From a bacterium (GTDB lineage Bacteria > Hydrothermota > 32-111), in NCBI GenBank assembly GCA_050239825.1, contig JBFXGO010000024.1:1-35532 (forward strand): 35,532 bases of DNA, in the 5' to 3' direction. Under the pieces are notes generated by a model that searched no databases, was not told where the DNA came from, and saw only the letters and a list, made by a program, of their open reading frames with translations. Shown one piece after another: positions 18,227-28,233 of the stretch (positions are counted from its first letter, which is position 1; each line of letters begins with the position of its first letter). The position numbers and the translations under genes were made by a program.

Positions 18227-18931
18227 ATGAAAAGAGGTGAAAACAGTGTTATTAAGGAGCTCAAGCTTCTCAAAAATGAGGAGAAGGCGATAATACTCAA
18301 AAGATTCTTCAAAACAGGGAAGGGAGAATACGGAGAGGGAGGTGTTTTTTGGGGCATTCAGGTACCTTTATTGAAGAGAATCGCGGCAACTCATATAAAC
18401 GACGGACTTGATGCGGTCGAGAAGCTTCTTGGGAGCGAAGTCCACGAAGTAAGGTTCACAGCATTGCAGATTCTTGTTAATAAGTATGAGAAGACCCCAT
18501 CAGAGAGAGATGATGTGTATAAAATTTATCTCAGAAATACAAAACGAATAAACAACTGGGACCTTGTTGACTGCTCATGCTACAAGATAGCCGGAGAGCA
18601 TCTGCTTAAAAGAAAACGGAATATTCTCTATTCTCTGGCGAAATCGGAGAACCTCTGGGAGAGAAGAATTTCCATAGTATCGACCTTCCGTTTTATACAA
18701 AACAGAGAGCATGAAGATACTTTAAAGATTTCGGAACTGCTTCTTGAAGACAAGCATGACCTGATGCACAAGGCAGTGGGATGGATGCTCAGGGAGGTAG
18801 GAAAGAGAGTAGGTCAGGATAAGGAGGAATTGTTCCTCAAAAAACATTACAAGAAAATGCCGCGCACTATGCTTAGATACTCTATTGAGCATTTTCCGAA
18901 AGAATTAAAAAAGTTTTACATGAAAAAGTAA
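18227..18931 (+). CDS. alkD: DNA alkylation repair protein (AlkD family)
   Basis: FFKTGKGEYGEG, INNWDLVD, LWERRISIVST, DLMHKAVGWMLRE and MPRTMLRYSIE motifs. Confidence 0.93.
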   Translation: MKRGENSVIKELKLLKNEEKAIILKRFFKTGKGEYGEGGVFWGIQVPLLKRIAATHINDGLDAVEKLLGSEVHEVRFTALQILVNKYEKTPSERDDVYKIYLRNTKRINNWDLVDCSCYKIAGEHLLKRKRNILYSLAKSENLWERRISIVSTFRFIQNREHEDTLKISELLLEDKHDLMHKAVGWMLREVGKRVGQDKEELFLKKHYKKMPRTMLRYSIEHFPKELKKFYMKK

Positions 18932-18957
18932 AAGGCGTCCATTGGGCGCCTTTCTTC
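18931..18957 (+). terminator. Intrinsic terminator after alkD
   Basis: AAAGGCGTCC-att-GGGCGCCTTT-CTTC. Confidence 0.75.
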
Positions 18958-18964
18958 AAAAAGA

Positions 18965-19099
18965 TTATTTTCTTGTTATATAAGTGAAGTAAACATCCGC
19001 ATCATAGAGAGAAGCATCTCCGTCAATAATCGATAGTGGCTCTCCTGTCAAGACACGAGATTTTGATAGATTGTGTTTATTGTTAAGCTGTTTGAACAT
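18965..19099 (-). CDS. Small hypothetical ORF (44 aa)
   Basis: The ATG at 19099 is preceded by GGAGG (19112-19108). No recognisable family. Confidence 0.35.
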   Translation of the reverse strand: MFKQLNNKHNLSKSRVLTGEPLSIIDGDASLYDADVYFTYITRK

Positions 19100-19139
19100 T
19101 TGTAATACCTCCATAAACTTCAGATGGAGTTTTGTATTT

Positions 19140-19305
19140 TTATGATTGATGCTCTCTTTTATATTTTTTAATATCAACCTCACTTATTGCCTCCAGCGCC
19201 ACTCTCGCCTTGAATCCCGATTTGTGTCTCTTGTAGTCCGTTTCTGCCTCCTTTTTTAACACATTCTACCACTAAATCGTGTCTCATTTCAACAGGCCAT
19301 TATCG
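19140..19305 (-). mobile_element. IS3-family left-end remnant (OrfA N-terminus, start codon ACG)
   Basis: AAGGAGG-cagaa-ACG followed by DYKRHKSGFKARVALEAI, which matches the OrfA pattern 'RHS.EFKAKVALEAI'. Similarity is lost after about 20 codons. Confidence 0.7.
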
Positions 19306-19308
19306 TCG

Positions 19309-19338
19309 AAAAAAGGGCGGATTTGTCTTCCGCCCTTT
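19309..19338 (-). terminator. Intrinsic terminator after DUF1015
   Basis: AAAGGGCGGA-N7-TCCGCCCTTT with a T-run on the minus strand. Confidence 0.85.
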
Positions 19339-19347
19339 ATATTCATT

Positions 19348-20592
19348 TTATGACAGCTTATGTATCACTATTCCGCTTCTAAGCTTGGGTTCAAACCATG
19401 TCGATTTAGGCGGCATCACCTTCCCAGTGTCAGAGACATTCATGAGCTGTTCCATTGAAGTGGGATAGAGCGCAAATGCTATTTTATACTCTTTTGAATC
19501 AACAAGGCGCTTCAATTCTTCTATTCCTCTTATTCCGCCAATGAAATTTATCCTCTTGTCGGTTCTCGGATTCTTTATTCCGAGAAGTGGGTCAAGAATA
19601 TTCTCCTGAAGTATGGAAACATCGAGGGATTTTATGAAGTCGCGCCTGTCAATTATCTCGTCCTTAGCCCGTATTGTGTACCATTCACCTTCTATGTACA
19701 TTGTGAAATCATGCAGTTTTACGGGTTTCTGCATCAGCTTTATCCTCGTAACGTTGAAGTTCTTCTCGACCTTCCTTAAAAAAACATCCTTTGTCATTCC
19801 GTTGAGGTCCTTAACAACCCTGTTGTAATCCATTATCATCATCTCATCGTCCGGAAATATAACGGAAAGAAAGTAGTTGTATTCGGCATCCTTTGATTTC
19901 ACTTTTTCTTCCTTTCGTCTCTTAAGCGCTATTCGCGTAGCGGCGGCAGAGCGGTGATGACCATCCGCAACATAGAGAGTATCAATCTTTGCAAACGCTT
20001 TCACTATTGCGTCTATAGTCTTTTTGTCTTTCACCACATACAGTATGTGGCGCACATTTAATTCGTCAGTGAAATCGTACTCGGGATTGTTGTCTTTTAT
20101 CGCTCTTTCAACCATCTCATTTACATCGTCTCTCTTTCTGTATGTCAGGAATACGCATCCTGTATTCGCATCAACAGTATCAATGTGCATTGCGCGTTCT
20201 ATCTCCTTGTCCTCACGCGTATTCTCATGCTTCTTTATCACATCGTTTATGTAGTCCTCGACGGAAGCCGCCGCAACAATTCCGGTCTGCGTGTGTTTTC
20301 CCATCGTCTGTCTGTAAATATAGAAGCATTCATCCTTATCCTGAAACATCACTCTCTCTTTAAGGAGCTTTTCCAGATTTTCCCTTCCTTTGTCGAATAT
20401 CCTCTGGTCATGCACATCATATGAGTCGGGACAGTCAATCTCGGATTTCTCTACATGAAGGAATGAATATTTATTCTTCTTTACCATTTCGCGCGCCTCT
20501 TTCACGCTGAGAGTGTCATAGGGCGGTGCGCAGACCTCTTTTGCCTTTTCTTTTACAGGTCTTATTCCTCTGAAGGGTTTTATTAATGCCAT
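19348..20592 (-). CDS. DUF1015 family protein
   Basis: KPFRGIRP, APPYD, IKKHE.TR, YVADGHHR and MPPKSTWFEPKLRSG motifs. Start at MALIK (20592). Confidence 0.95.
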   Translation of the reverse strand: MALIKPFRGIRPVKEKAKEVCAPPYDTLSVKEAREMVKKNKYSFLHVEKSEIDCPDSYDVHDQRIFDKGRENLEKLLKERVMFQDKDECFYIYRQTMGKHTQTGIVAAASVEDYINDVIKKHENTREDKEIERAMHIDTVDANTGCVFLTYRKRDDVNEMVERAIKDNNPEYDFTDELNVRHILYVVKDKKTIDAIVKAFAKIDTLYVADGHHRSAAATRIALKRRKEEKVKSKDAEYNYFLSVIFPDDEMMIMDYNRVVKDLNGMTKDVFLRKVEKNFNVTRIKLMQKPVKLHDFTMYIEGEWYTIRAKDEIIDRRDFIKSLDVSILQENILDPLLGIKNPRTDKRINFIGGIRGIEELKRLVDSKEYKIAFALYPTSMEQLMNVSDTGKVMPPKSTWFEPKLRSGIVIHKLS

Positions 20593-20606
20593 AATTTCTC
20601 CTTTTT

Positions 20607-21851
20607 TTACCAAGCAAACATTTTGAAAGATGATGTGAATTCCTTCACTTCCTCTTTGACTTTATTTATTTCTTGCTCATTTTCGATATTCACAATAACT
20701 CTGTCGATGAATGAAGCTATCTTCTCCATCTCTCTCTCTTTCATTCCTCTTGTTGTCATTGCAGGGGTGCCGAGCCGTATTCCCGACGCGACAAAAGGCT
20801 TCTCAGGGTCAAACGGAATAGTGTTCTTATTCACCGTAATTCCCGCCTTATCCAACGCCTTTTCCGCCGCTTTTCCTGTAACCTTTTTTGGCCTCAAATC
20901 TACTAGCATAAGATGAGTGTCAGTGCCATTTGACACAAGACGGTATCCAAGCTTCACGAGAGAGTCGGCCAATGCCTGCGCATTCTTTAAGACCTGCTTC
21001 TGATAATCTACAAATGAGGGTTTAAGCGCTTCATTGAATGCAACTGCTTTGGCGGCAATGACATGCATCAGCGGTCCGCCCTGTATTCCGGGAAAGAGAG
21101 CTTTGTCAACATCGGCTGAATACTGCTGTTTGCAGAGAACCATTCCTCCCCGCGGACCCCTTAGAGTCTTATGAGTAGTTGTAGTAACTATATCCGCGTA
21201 TGGAACAGGAGAAGGGTGGACTCCTGCGGCTACGAGACCTGCTATATGGGCAATATCTACAACCATCTTCGCGCCGACTTCATCGCATATCTCTCTGAAC
21301 TTTGCAAAATCAAGGGTGCGGGGATACGCTGAGGCTCCGGTGATTATCATCTTGGGTTTATGCTCCTTTGCCATCTCTTTCAGCCTTGAATAATCAATAA
21401 CTTCTGTCTCTTTTTCAACTCCGTAGTGAACCGCCTTGTACAGCATTCCGGAAAAGCTTATCGGATGTCCGTGGGTGAGATGCCCGCCATGAGACAGATC
21501 GAGCCCGAAGAATGTCTCTCCCGGTTTCAAAAATGAAAAGTAAGCCACCATATTCGCCTGTGAACCGCAATGCGGCTGTACATTAGCATGGTCTGCCTTG
21601 AACAGCATCTTCGCCCTGTCGCGCGCCAGATTCTCCGCCACATCCACAAACTCACAGCCTCCGTAGTATCTCTTCGCTGGATACCCTTCTGCATATTTAT
21701 TTGTCATAATGCTTCCAAGCGCCTCAAGAACACTTTCGGATACGAAATTCTCCGATGCAATAAGCTCGAGCTTCTCTTTCTGCCGAAGCTCCTCGCTTGA
21801 TATTGCGTCAAAGATCTCTTTATCCTCTCTCTTTAAAATCTCTTTGTCCAT
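20607..21851 (-). CDS. glyA: Serine hydroxymethyltransferase
   Basis: [21 protein letters not shown] and [14 protein letters not shown] motifs. Confidence 0.99.
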   Translation of the reverse strand: MDKEILKREDKEIFDAISSEELRQKEKLELIASENFVSESVLEALGSIMTNKYAEGYPAKRYYGGCEFVDVAENLARDRAKMLFKADHANVQPHCGSQANMVAYFSFLKPGETFFGLDLSHGGHLTHGHPISFSGMLYKAVHYGVEKETEVIDYSRLKEMAKEHKPKMIITGASAYPRTLDFAKFREICDEVGAKMVVDIAHIAGLVAAGVHPSPVPYADIVTTTTHKTLRGPRGGMVLCKQQYSADVDKALFPGIQGGPLMHVIAAKAVAFNEALKPSFVDYQKQVLKNAQALADSLVKLGYRLVSNGTDTHLMLVDLRPKKVTGKAAEKALDKAGITVNKNTIPFDPEKPFVASGIRLGTPAMTTRGMKEREMEKIASFIDRVIVNIENEQEINKVKEEVKEFTSSFKMFAW

Positions 21852-21859
21852 AATTACTC

Positions 21860-22882
21860 CTATTCTTTATTTTTATTAACCAGTTCTATCGACTGTGTCG
21901 GATATGCAAATTCAATCTTTTCAGAATCAAACGACTGCTTTACCCTGTAATGGAAATCTTCCTTTATATTTCCCGACTTGCTTGAATCGGATATCATAAA
22001 AGAAACATAAAGGTTCATCGCATATGTGTCGAATTTGTAAAATCCAACAGAAATTGATTTCTTGTCGGTTATAAGCTGGTTTTGTTCAAGAATTCCGTTT
22101 ACAAGCTCCGAAGCCTTTCTCACCTTTTCAGCCGATGCAGAATATTTTAGCGGTATTACATATGTCTGCACTACGCCCCTTTCATTTGAATGATTGATTA
22201 TTGTCGATTTTACAATCTGATTGTTCGGCATTATTATGGTTTTTCCGTCAAGCCGCTTTATTCTGGTTGTTCTCATTCCTATTTCATCAATGTATCCTGA
22301 ATGCGAATCAATTTCCACAAAATCACCCGGCTTTATTATGCCTGAGATAAAGATTGTTATACCTCCGAAAATATTAGCGAGAATCTCCTGAGCTCCAAGA
22401 GCGACGGCAAGGCCTCCTATGCCCAAACCTGTCACTATTGAGAATATGTTGAAACCCATTATGTTCAGAACCATTGAAAGGGCTACAACTGCAAAGAAGA
22501 TGAAAGAAACCTTTTTGAGAAGATTTACAACCTGTCTTGAAAGAAGAATGCTCTCTTTCACATGCTTCATTCCGTATATTCTCTCAATAAAAATATATGA
22601 AAGCTTTATAAAAAACCAAGTGAATGATAATACATACATTATCTTTGCGCCGGTAAAGACAAAATGGTAAACATCGGTAGAAATGTCAAAAAACTGGCTT
22701 CCGATGTGAATTGCAATTGAAACAACAAGCATGATGCCTATTGATTTCATCCTTCTGAAAATTCTGCCTTTGAATTTTTTACAGAGAAAGAATATTCCGA
22801 ATGAGATGATTATCCCTGAAAAGAGAACAAGCAGAAACAACAGGTATGATGATATAGTGTTGTCGAGGAATATTTTATCCAA
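21860..22882 (-). CDS. mscS: Small-conductance mechanosensitive channel
   Basis: [22 protein letters not shown] and IGMRTTRI...PN motifs. Likely TTG start at 22882, after GGAGG. Confidence 0.92.
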   Translation of the reverse strand: MDKIFLDNTISSYLLFLLVLFSGIIISFGIFFLCKKFKGRIFRRMKSIGIMLVVSIAIHIGSQFFDISTDVYHFVFTGAKIMYVLSFTWFFIKLSYIFIERIYGMKHVKESILLSRQVVNLLKKVSFIFFAVVALSMVLNIMGFNIFSIVTGLGIGGLAVALGAQEILANIFGGITIFISGIIKPGDFVEIDSHSGYIDEIGMRTTRIKRLDGKTIIMPNNQIVKSTIINHSNERGVVQTYVIPLKYSASAEKVRKASELVNGILEQNQLITDKKSISVGFYKFDTYAMNLYVSFMISDSSKSGNIKEDFHYRVKQSFDSEKIEFAYPTQSIELVNKNKE

Positions 22883-24074
22883 TATTCCTCCTGTTGTACT
22901 CCTCAATTCCCTTGGCAAGAATCTCAATCGCATCTTTCAGGTCTGTCTTGTTAAGCACATAAGCTATTCTGATTTCGTCGATTCCCATTCCTTCTGTCGC
23001 GTAGAATCCGTTTGCCGGCGCCACCATAACAGTCTTGCCATCTATTTGAAAATCAGTGAGCATCCATTTTGCAAAATTGTCCGCATTATCAACTGGAAGC
23101 TTGACTACAACATAGAATGCGCCCTCTGGTTTTCTAGTGAAGATGCCTTTTACTTTCTTCAGATTTTCATACACCACATCTCTTCTTTCTTGATACTCAT
23201 TTATCATAGAATCCATAAATGTTTTCATGTGCTTATATCCTTCTATCATTCCTATCTGCTCGATTGTAGGCGGGCAGAGCCTCGCCTGACCAAGCTTGAG
23301 AACACCCTTCATTATTTCGGGATTCTTCGAAACAAGATATCCTATTCTCGCTCCACAGGCGGAAAATCTCTTTGATATGGAGTCCATCATTATGGATATC
23401 TCTCTGGCATCCTCTATTTCGAGAATTGAAGTGTGCTTTTTTCCGTCAAAAACAAATTCTCTGTAGACTTCATCCGAGAGTATATATAGATTATGCTTTT
23501 TTGCCACCCTTACGACCATCTCCATCTCTTTTCTCGTAAAAATTGTGCCTGTGGGATTGTTCGGAGAGCAGACAAGTATCGCCTTTGTCTTTTTAGTTAT
23601 AACCTTTTCGAATTCAACTTCATCGGGAAGATGAAAACCATCTTCAACTTTTGTCGTCAGAGGAACGACTTTTACACCTGCCATTGTGGCGAATCCGTTG
23701 TAATTCGTGTAGAACGGCTCCGGTATCACTATCTCATCCCCTTCATCAGCCACAACCATCATCGCAAATATTATAGCCTCTGAACCGCCTGTGGTGATAA
23801 AGACATCTTTCTGGTCGATATCGTATCTCATTGAGTTAAGATATTCTGCAACCGTGTCGCGCGCCACTTTGAGCCCCTGAGAAGGTCCGTATGCAAGCAC
23901 ATGCTCCGAGTAGTTTTTTATCGCATCATAGATAAAACTCGGAGTCGCTATGTCGGGCTGTCCGATATTAAGGTGGTAGACTTTGAGCCCTCTGCTCTTT
24001 GCATCATCAGAGTATGATAGTAGCTTCCTTATGGGCGACTCCTGCATTGAATTAACTCTTTTTGATATCTTCAT
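22875..24074 (-). CDS. PLP-dependent aminotransferase class I/II (aspartate aminotransferase-like)
   Basis: LNIGQPD, TGGSEA, PNNPTG, DEVY and SISKRFSACGARIG motifs. Confidence 0.95.
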   Translation of the reverse strand: MKISKRVNSMQESPIRKLLSYSDDAKSRGLKVYHLNIGQPDIATPSFIYDAIKNYSEHVLAYGPSQGLKVARDTVAEYLNSMRYDIDQKDVFITTGGSEAIIFAMMVVADEGDEIVIPEPFYTNYNGFATMAGVKVVPLTTKVEDGFHLPDEVEFEKVITKKTKAILVCSPNNPTGTIFTRKEMEMVVRVAKKHNLYILSDEVYREFVFDGKKHTSILEIEDAREISIMMDSISKRFSACGARIGYLVSKNPEIMKGVLKLGQARLCPPTIEQIGMIEGYKHMKTFMDSMINEYQERRDVVYENLKKVKGIFTRKPEGAFYVVVKLPVDNADNFAKWMLTDFQIDGKTVMVAPANGFYATEGMGIDEIRIAYVLNKTDLKDAIEILAKGIEEYNRRNIG

Positions 24075-24276
24075 TCAATTCCTCCATTTTGTTTTTTCTC
24101 TCTGCTCCGAGTTTTTTTATCTCATCAAGAACCTCTTCTTTTCTGAGAATATTCTTTCTTTCAAGAACATTTACCAGAGCCTCTATTGAGAGAGCATTTG
24201 TATAAAACATCTGAGACGGAGAGAGTTCGATTTTCATGAATTTTCCGTCACTCTTTGTCTTCTTCTTGAACAGCAT
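24052..24276 (-). CDS. Small hypothetical protein
   Basis: 74 aa, tightly packed in the operon with a GAGG SD; helical EALVNVLERKNIL.KEEV pattern. Confidence 0.75.
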   Translation of the reverse strand: MLFKKKTKSDGKFMKIELSPSQMFYTNALSIEALVNVLERKNILRKEEVLDEIKKLGAERKNKMEELNEDIKKS

Positions 24277-24278
24277 TT

Positions 24279-24596
24279 TTACCTCACTATTAAAATTCCA
24301 AGTATGATTCCGGCAAAATCGTATATAAGGTCCTTGTATGAAACAGTGCCCTCCTTTGACAGCCCGTCGTAAGCCTCCTTGGCAAATGACAAGAAGACAG
24401 GAATTGCAACTGCCGCGGTTATCCTCTTCGCTTCGCTCTCGTCATCATCCATAATATTTGTAACGGCAAGAGATGTGGATAGAGTCATCACAAGAGCAGT
24501 CATGAAATGGTCTGCCTTGTCTCGCGAGAAGAACGGGTCTGCATGGGAAAAGAGAAAGGCTGTCAGAACAATCGTTACTATAAGCAGTTTACGCAT
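24279..24596 (-). CDS. YfiM/DUF2279-like membrane protein
   Basis: DKADHF, KE.YD and S.KDL.YD..G motifs. Confidence 0.8.
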   Translation of the reverse strand: MRKLLIVTIVLTAFLFSHADPFFSRDKADHFMTALVMTLSTSLAVTNIMDDDESEAKRITAAVAIPVFLSFAKEAYDGLSKEGTVSYKDLIYDFAGIILGILIVR

Positions 24597-25522
24597 TTTT
24601 CAGGTCTCCTTCCGTCTACAAGTACGCTCTTTACCGATTCAATGCATATAAGAGCCATTTGCTTTCTTGTCTCTTCAGTTGCGCTTCCCATGTGAGGCGC
24701 AAGGACAATATTGCTTAGATTCAAAAGTCTCGCATTTATCTCCGGTTCAAATTCATAAACATCCAGACCTGCGCCGCGGATGATTCTCTTCTCAAGGGCT
24801 TCCGCTAGGTCATTTTCTTTTATTAAGCCCCCTCGGGCAGTATTTACAATTATTGCATTTCTCTTCATTTTTTTAAATTCATTTATCGTAAACGAGTGTT
24901 TGTTTGATTGATTCAATGATGCATTCAGGGATATGTAATCTGATTCTCTCAGAAGAGTCTCAAAATCGACTCTCTTTGCCTTTTCCGAATGCCTCTCCTC
25001 AGGGTCGCAGTAAATAACATCCATGGAAAATCCGCAGGCTCTCCTTGCTACAGCCTGTCCGATTCTTCCAAATCCGAATATACCCAGAACTTTACCGTTC
25101 ATGTCGCTTCCGAGCATTTCATCAGGTCTCCATCCTTTGAAGTTTCCGGACCTGACATATCTGTCAGCCTCAGAAATTCTTCTTGCGCTGGAAATCAGAA
25201 GGGCAAATGCAAGGTCTGCAGTAGCATCAGTCAGAACATCCGGCGTATTCGTAACTGCAATATTCTTTGTCTTTGCGTATGAGATGTCGATATTGTCGTA
25301 ACCCACAGCATAATTTGCTATAATCTTCAGTTTGGGCGCCGAATCAATAACATCCTTGTCGATTTTGTCCCTAAGCAGGCAAATCAATCCGTCCTTATCC
25401 TTCAAAGAATCAATTATTTCGCCTTTAAGCATCTCTCCGTCGCCTATTTCAACTTCAATCCCCGAATTTTTCAGAAGACTGCCTATATCAATCGGGAGTT
25501 CTGTTGTTGAGAGAATCCTCAT
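24578..25522 (-). CDS. D-2-hydroxyacid dehydrogenase (glyoxylate/hydroxypyruvate reductase, GyaR-like)
   Basis: AVGYDNID, TNTPDVLTDATAD, GFGRIG, NTARG, LDVYEFEP and PHMGSAT motifs. Confidence 0.93.
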   Translation of the reverse strand: MRILSTTELPIDIGSLLKNSGIEVEIGDGEMLKGEIIDSLKDKDGLICLLRDKIDKDVIDSAPKLKIIANYAVGYDNIDISYAKTKNIAVTNTPDVLTDATADLAFALLISSARRISEADRYVRSGNFKGWRPDEMLGSDMNGKVLGIFGFGRIGQAVARRACGFSMDVIYCDPEERHSEKAKRVDFETLLRESDYISLNASLNQSNKHSFTINEFKKMKRNAIIVNTARGGLIKENDLAEALEKRIIRGAGLDVYEFEPEINARLLNLSNIVLAPHMGSATEETRKQMALICIESVKSVLVDGRRPEKCVNCL

Positions 25523-26064
25523 AATCCCAATTCTCCAGCTATTGATTTCATTGATTCAACACAGATTCCTATGAACTCATCAAGCTCTACTCCGGTATTC
25601 GAAATTGCCGATATCTGGTCTCTGTTTGCTCCCGCCGCAAAACGCCTCTCCTTAAATCTTCTCATTATAAATTTAGTGTCAGCATAGGAAATCTTCTTCT
25701 CCGGATGCATCAGAACCGCCGCAACGATTAACCCTGTCAGAGGATCGACCGAGTACAGAGATTTTTCCATTAGCGTCTCAAGAGTCTTGTGGCCCGGATG
25801 CGCCAGAATCGCATCAAGAATATCCTTCTCTACGCCCATCTCCTTTAGCATCTCCACTGTGACAAATCCGTGGCGCGAAGGGTCATTTACAGTCTCCGGA
25901 TAGTCAAGGTCATGTAGAAGACCCGCCATTCCCCATCTATCTTCATCCTCTTTGAATCGTCTTGCCATTCCGCGCATACACGCTTCACAGGCGAGCATAT
26001 GCTTTATCAAATTTTTGTTTTCAACTCTCTTTTTCACAAGAGAGAGAGCATCATCTCTGTTCAT
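25519..26064 (-). CDS. HD-domain phosphohydrolase
   Basis: KHMLA, GLLHDLDY, HG, AILAH, DPLTGLI and FAAGANR motifs. Confidence 0.9.
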   Translation of the reverse strand: MNRDDALSLVKKRVENKNLIKHMLACEACMRGMARRFKEDEDRWGMAGLLHDLDYPETVNDPSRHGFVTVEMLKEMGVEKDILDAILAHPGHKTLETLMEKSLYSVDPLTGLIVAAVLMHPEKKISYADTKFIMRRFKERRFAAGANRDQISAISNTGVELDEFIGICVESMKSIAGELGL

Positions 26065-27445
26065 TCATTCTCCTTGAAAGTGTTTTCCTCAAATCTTCCA
26101 TCTCGATATTGCTGTTTTTTACGAACTCCTCCGCCAGTGAATCCATTCCTTCAAATTCAATATTTTCTTCGTAAGCCGCAATCAATGCTTTATATCCTGT
26201 TACGGTGTATATCTCTTTCTCGCAGAGATTCTTAATGATTTCACCTGCTGATTCAAAAAAACCACCGCTTTTCAGAGCGCGCGCAAAGATCATCTTTGAT
26301 GTGTTTGATGCGGTTTCAAAAACACCCGCCTCCTTTACATCTTCAAATATCTCTATTATTTTGCCTCTCTCATTCTTAAATCTCAGCTCATTGAGATATA
26401 TATCCATGGTCTTTCTGGCAAGGTCATTTTCTTTTGTCTTGGCAAGAGATGCAAATAACGGAACAAATGAAGAGAATGTGCGCTTCTTCTGAAAATTGGA
26501 GAGAAGAAGACTCTTCGCTTTTTTGAAATCGTTTTCCATATACGCTTCCACTCCTTTCTGCTCTTCATTGTTCATGCCGAGAAGATTGGAGGATTCCTCG
26601 ACTTTCGGTGAAATGAACCTCTCCTCTATTTTAGTTGCGGTCAGAAGAATCGCTGTCACAGCTCCGAATAAAAAACCTCCTATGTGCGCAATAAATGCTA
26701 TGCCGGAGGTTGCATTTGAAGCGCTTTCCACAATCTGCTGCATGAACCATAAGGGAAGACAGAATCCAGCGTATATTGAGAATGTTCCGAACAGGGGCTT
26801 CACCGGCAAAAACCAGTAGAAAAACTTTATCTTTGTTCTGTATAATTTCACAAGGAAAGCGCCCATCACTCCTGAAATTGCTCCGGATGCGCCTATCAAA
26901 GAGATGTTGGCATCAGAGGAGGATGCAACAAAGAGCAGGGATGAGACGATTCCGGAAAGCAGATAAAATATTAAGTAATTTCTCCTGCCGTAAATATCCT
27001 CAATATTGAAACCGAGAAGAAATAAAAACCAGAGATTTCCTACAAGATGAAATATATCCGAATGAACAAACATTGATGTCAAAAGAGTTAAGACGGAAAG
27101 ATTGGATTTGGATACCCCCAGCTTTGAAAATGGGTGGCTTGCGCTTGCCTCGTCCAACGCGGTTTTTGCTTCGATGATTGACAGATAGAGAGAATCCCCA
27201 TCCTCTACTGAAGGATGCTCCATCTCCATTGCCAGTTCTTCGGAATCAAACGAATCCATCCCCTTCATCTCCATATTTTGAGCAACAAAATTCATATAAT
27301 CATTATATGCGCCATACAGGTCTGAATTACCTGAATTCACGGAAGACTGCATTGCAAAAAAGACAATGCACATAATAACAATAAGCGAGAGAGTGGCGAA
27401 GGGCAGGCGCCTGACAGAACCGGTATTTCCGATTGGAATAATCAT
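26051..27445 (-). CDS. Rhomboid intramembrane serine protease with a C-terminal soluble helical domain
   Basis: TSMFVH...HLVGN, GASGAISG (catalytic Ser) and AHIGGF (catalytic His). Confidence 0.92.
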   Translation of the reverse strand: MIIPIGNTGSVRRLPFATLSLIVIMCIVFFAMQSSVNSGNSDLYGAYNDYMNFVAQNMEMKGMDSFDSEELAMEMEHPSVEDGDSLYLSIIEAKTALDEASASHPFSKLGVSKSNLSVLTLLTSMFVHSDIFHLVGNLWFLFLLGFNIEDIYGRRNYLIFYLLSGIVSSLLFVASSSDANISLIGASGAISGVMGAFLVKLYRTKIKFFYWFLPVKPLFGTFSIYAGFCLPLWFMQQIVESASNATSGIAFIAHIGGFLFGAVTAILLTATKIEERFISPKVEESSNLLGMNNEEQKGVEAYMENDFKKAKSLLLSNFQKKRTFSSFVPLFASLAKTKENDLARKTMDIYLNELRFKNERGKIIEIFEDVKEAGVFETASNTSKMIFARALKSGGFFESAGEIIKNLCEKEIYTVTGYKALIAAYEENIEFEGMDSLAEEFVKNSNIEMEDLRKTLSRRMNEQR

Positions 27446-28233
27446 TTGACCCTTAAATTTATTCCCGTGATTTTTTGATATTTATCCATATATTTTAAAA
27501 CAGAATCCATTCTGTCCTCAGAAGTAAAAATACTGATAAGTCTGTCATAAGCGTCTATTCTCGATGAATCAATCAAAAGCGCGCTCCTATAGCAATCCTT
27601 GCTCTCTTTGCCTCTTTTTGTCGCTCCCAAAAATTCTCCGAGGTTCATCCATCCCTCATAGTAATTCGGATTTATCTTCACGGCTCTCCTATAAAGCTCT
27701 TCCGCCTCATCATTTTTTCCTTCAATCAGACGCATATTCGCCATGAATGTATATCCGTCAGAGAGAGTTGAATCGGCGAATACAGCTCTTTCTATGTCCA
27801 AATATCCTTGCTTAAGGTCGCCGCTTCTTACTTTTGATTTGCCTATAAGAAGAACCGCCTTTGCATAATTTGGTTTTATTGAAAAAGCTTTCTCCGCAAG
27901 AATCACAGCAGAATCGTACTTGTTTGTTCTGTAAAAAGAAAGGGCGGAATTGTAGTAAGTAAGAGCCGCAAGGTCTTCTATTGAATCGTAGTTTTTAAAG
28001 GATTTAAAATGATTTTCAAGAATCGGCAGAGCAATTTTTGCATCTTCAAGATACTCGTTTGCCGTTAAGAGGGCATCTTTGAGAAAAGAGAGATCCTTAG
28101 TTGAAACATACCCCTCCTTAGCCATTTCAAATGCCTCGTCATACCTTTTCTTTTCAATAAGGGAATCGAAATTCTCCCTTGAGCATGATGTAAGCAAAAC
28201 CAAAAGAATCAAAATGCTACATAATTTTTTCAT
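27442..28233 (-). CDS. TPR-containing lipoprotein
   Basis: Lipobox LTSC and TPR repeats. Confidence 0.85.
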   Translation of the reverse strand: MKKLCSILILLVLLTSCSRENFDSLIEKKRYDEAFEMAKEGYVSTKDLSFLKDALLTANEYLEDAKIALPILENHFKSFKNYDSIEDLAALTYYNSALSFYRTNKYDSAVILAEKAFSIKPNYAKAVLLIGKSKVRSGDLKQGYLDIERAVFADSTLSDGYTFMANMRLIEGKNDEAEELYRRAVKINPNYYEGWMNLGEFLGATKRGKESKDCYRSALLIDSSRIDAYDRLISIFTSEDRMDSVLKYMDKYQKITGINLRVK

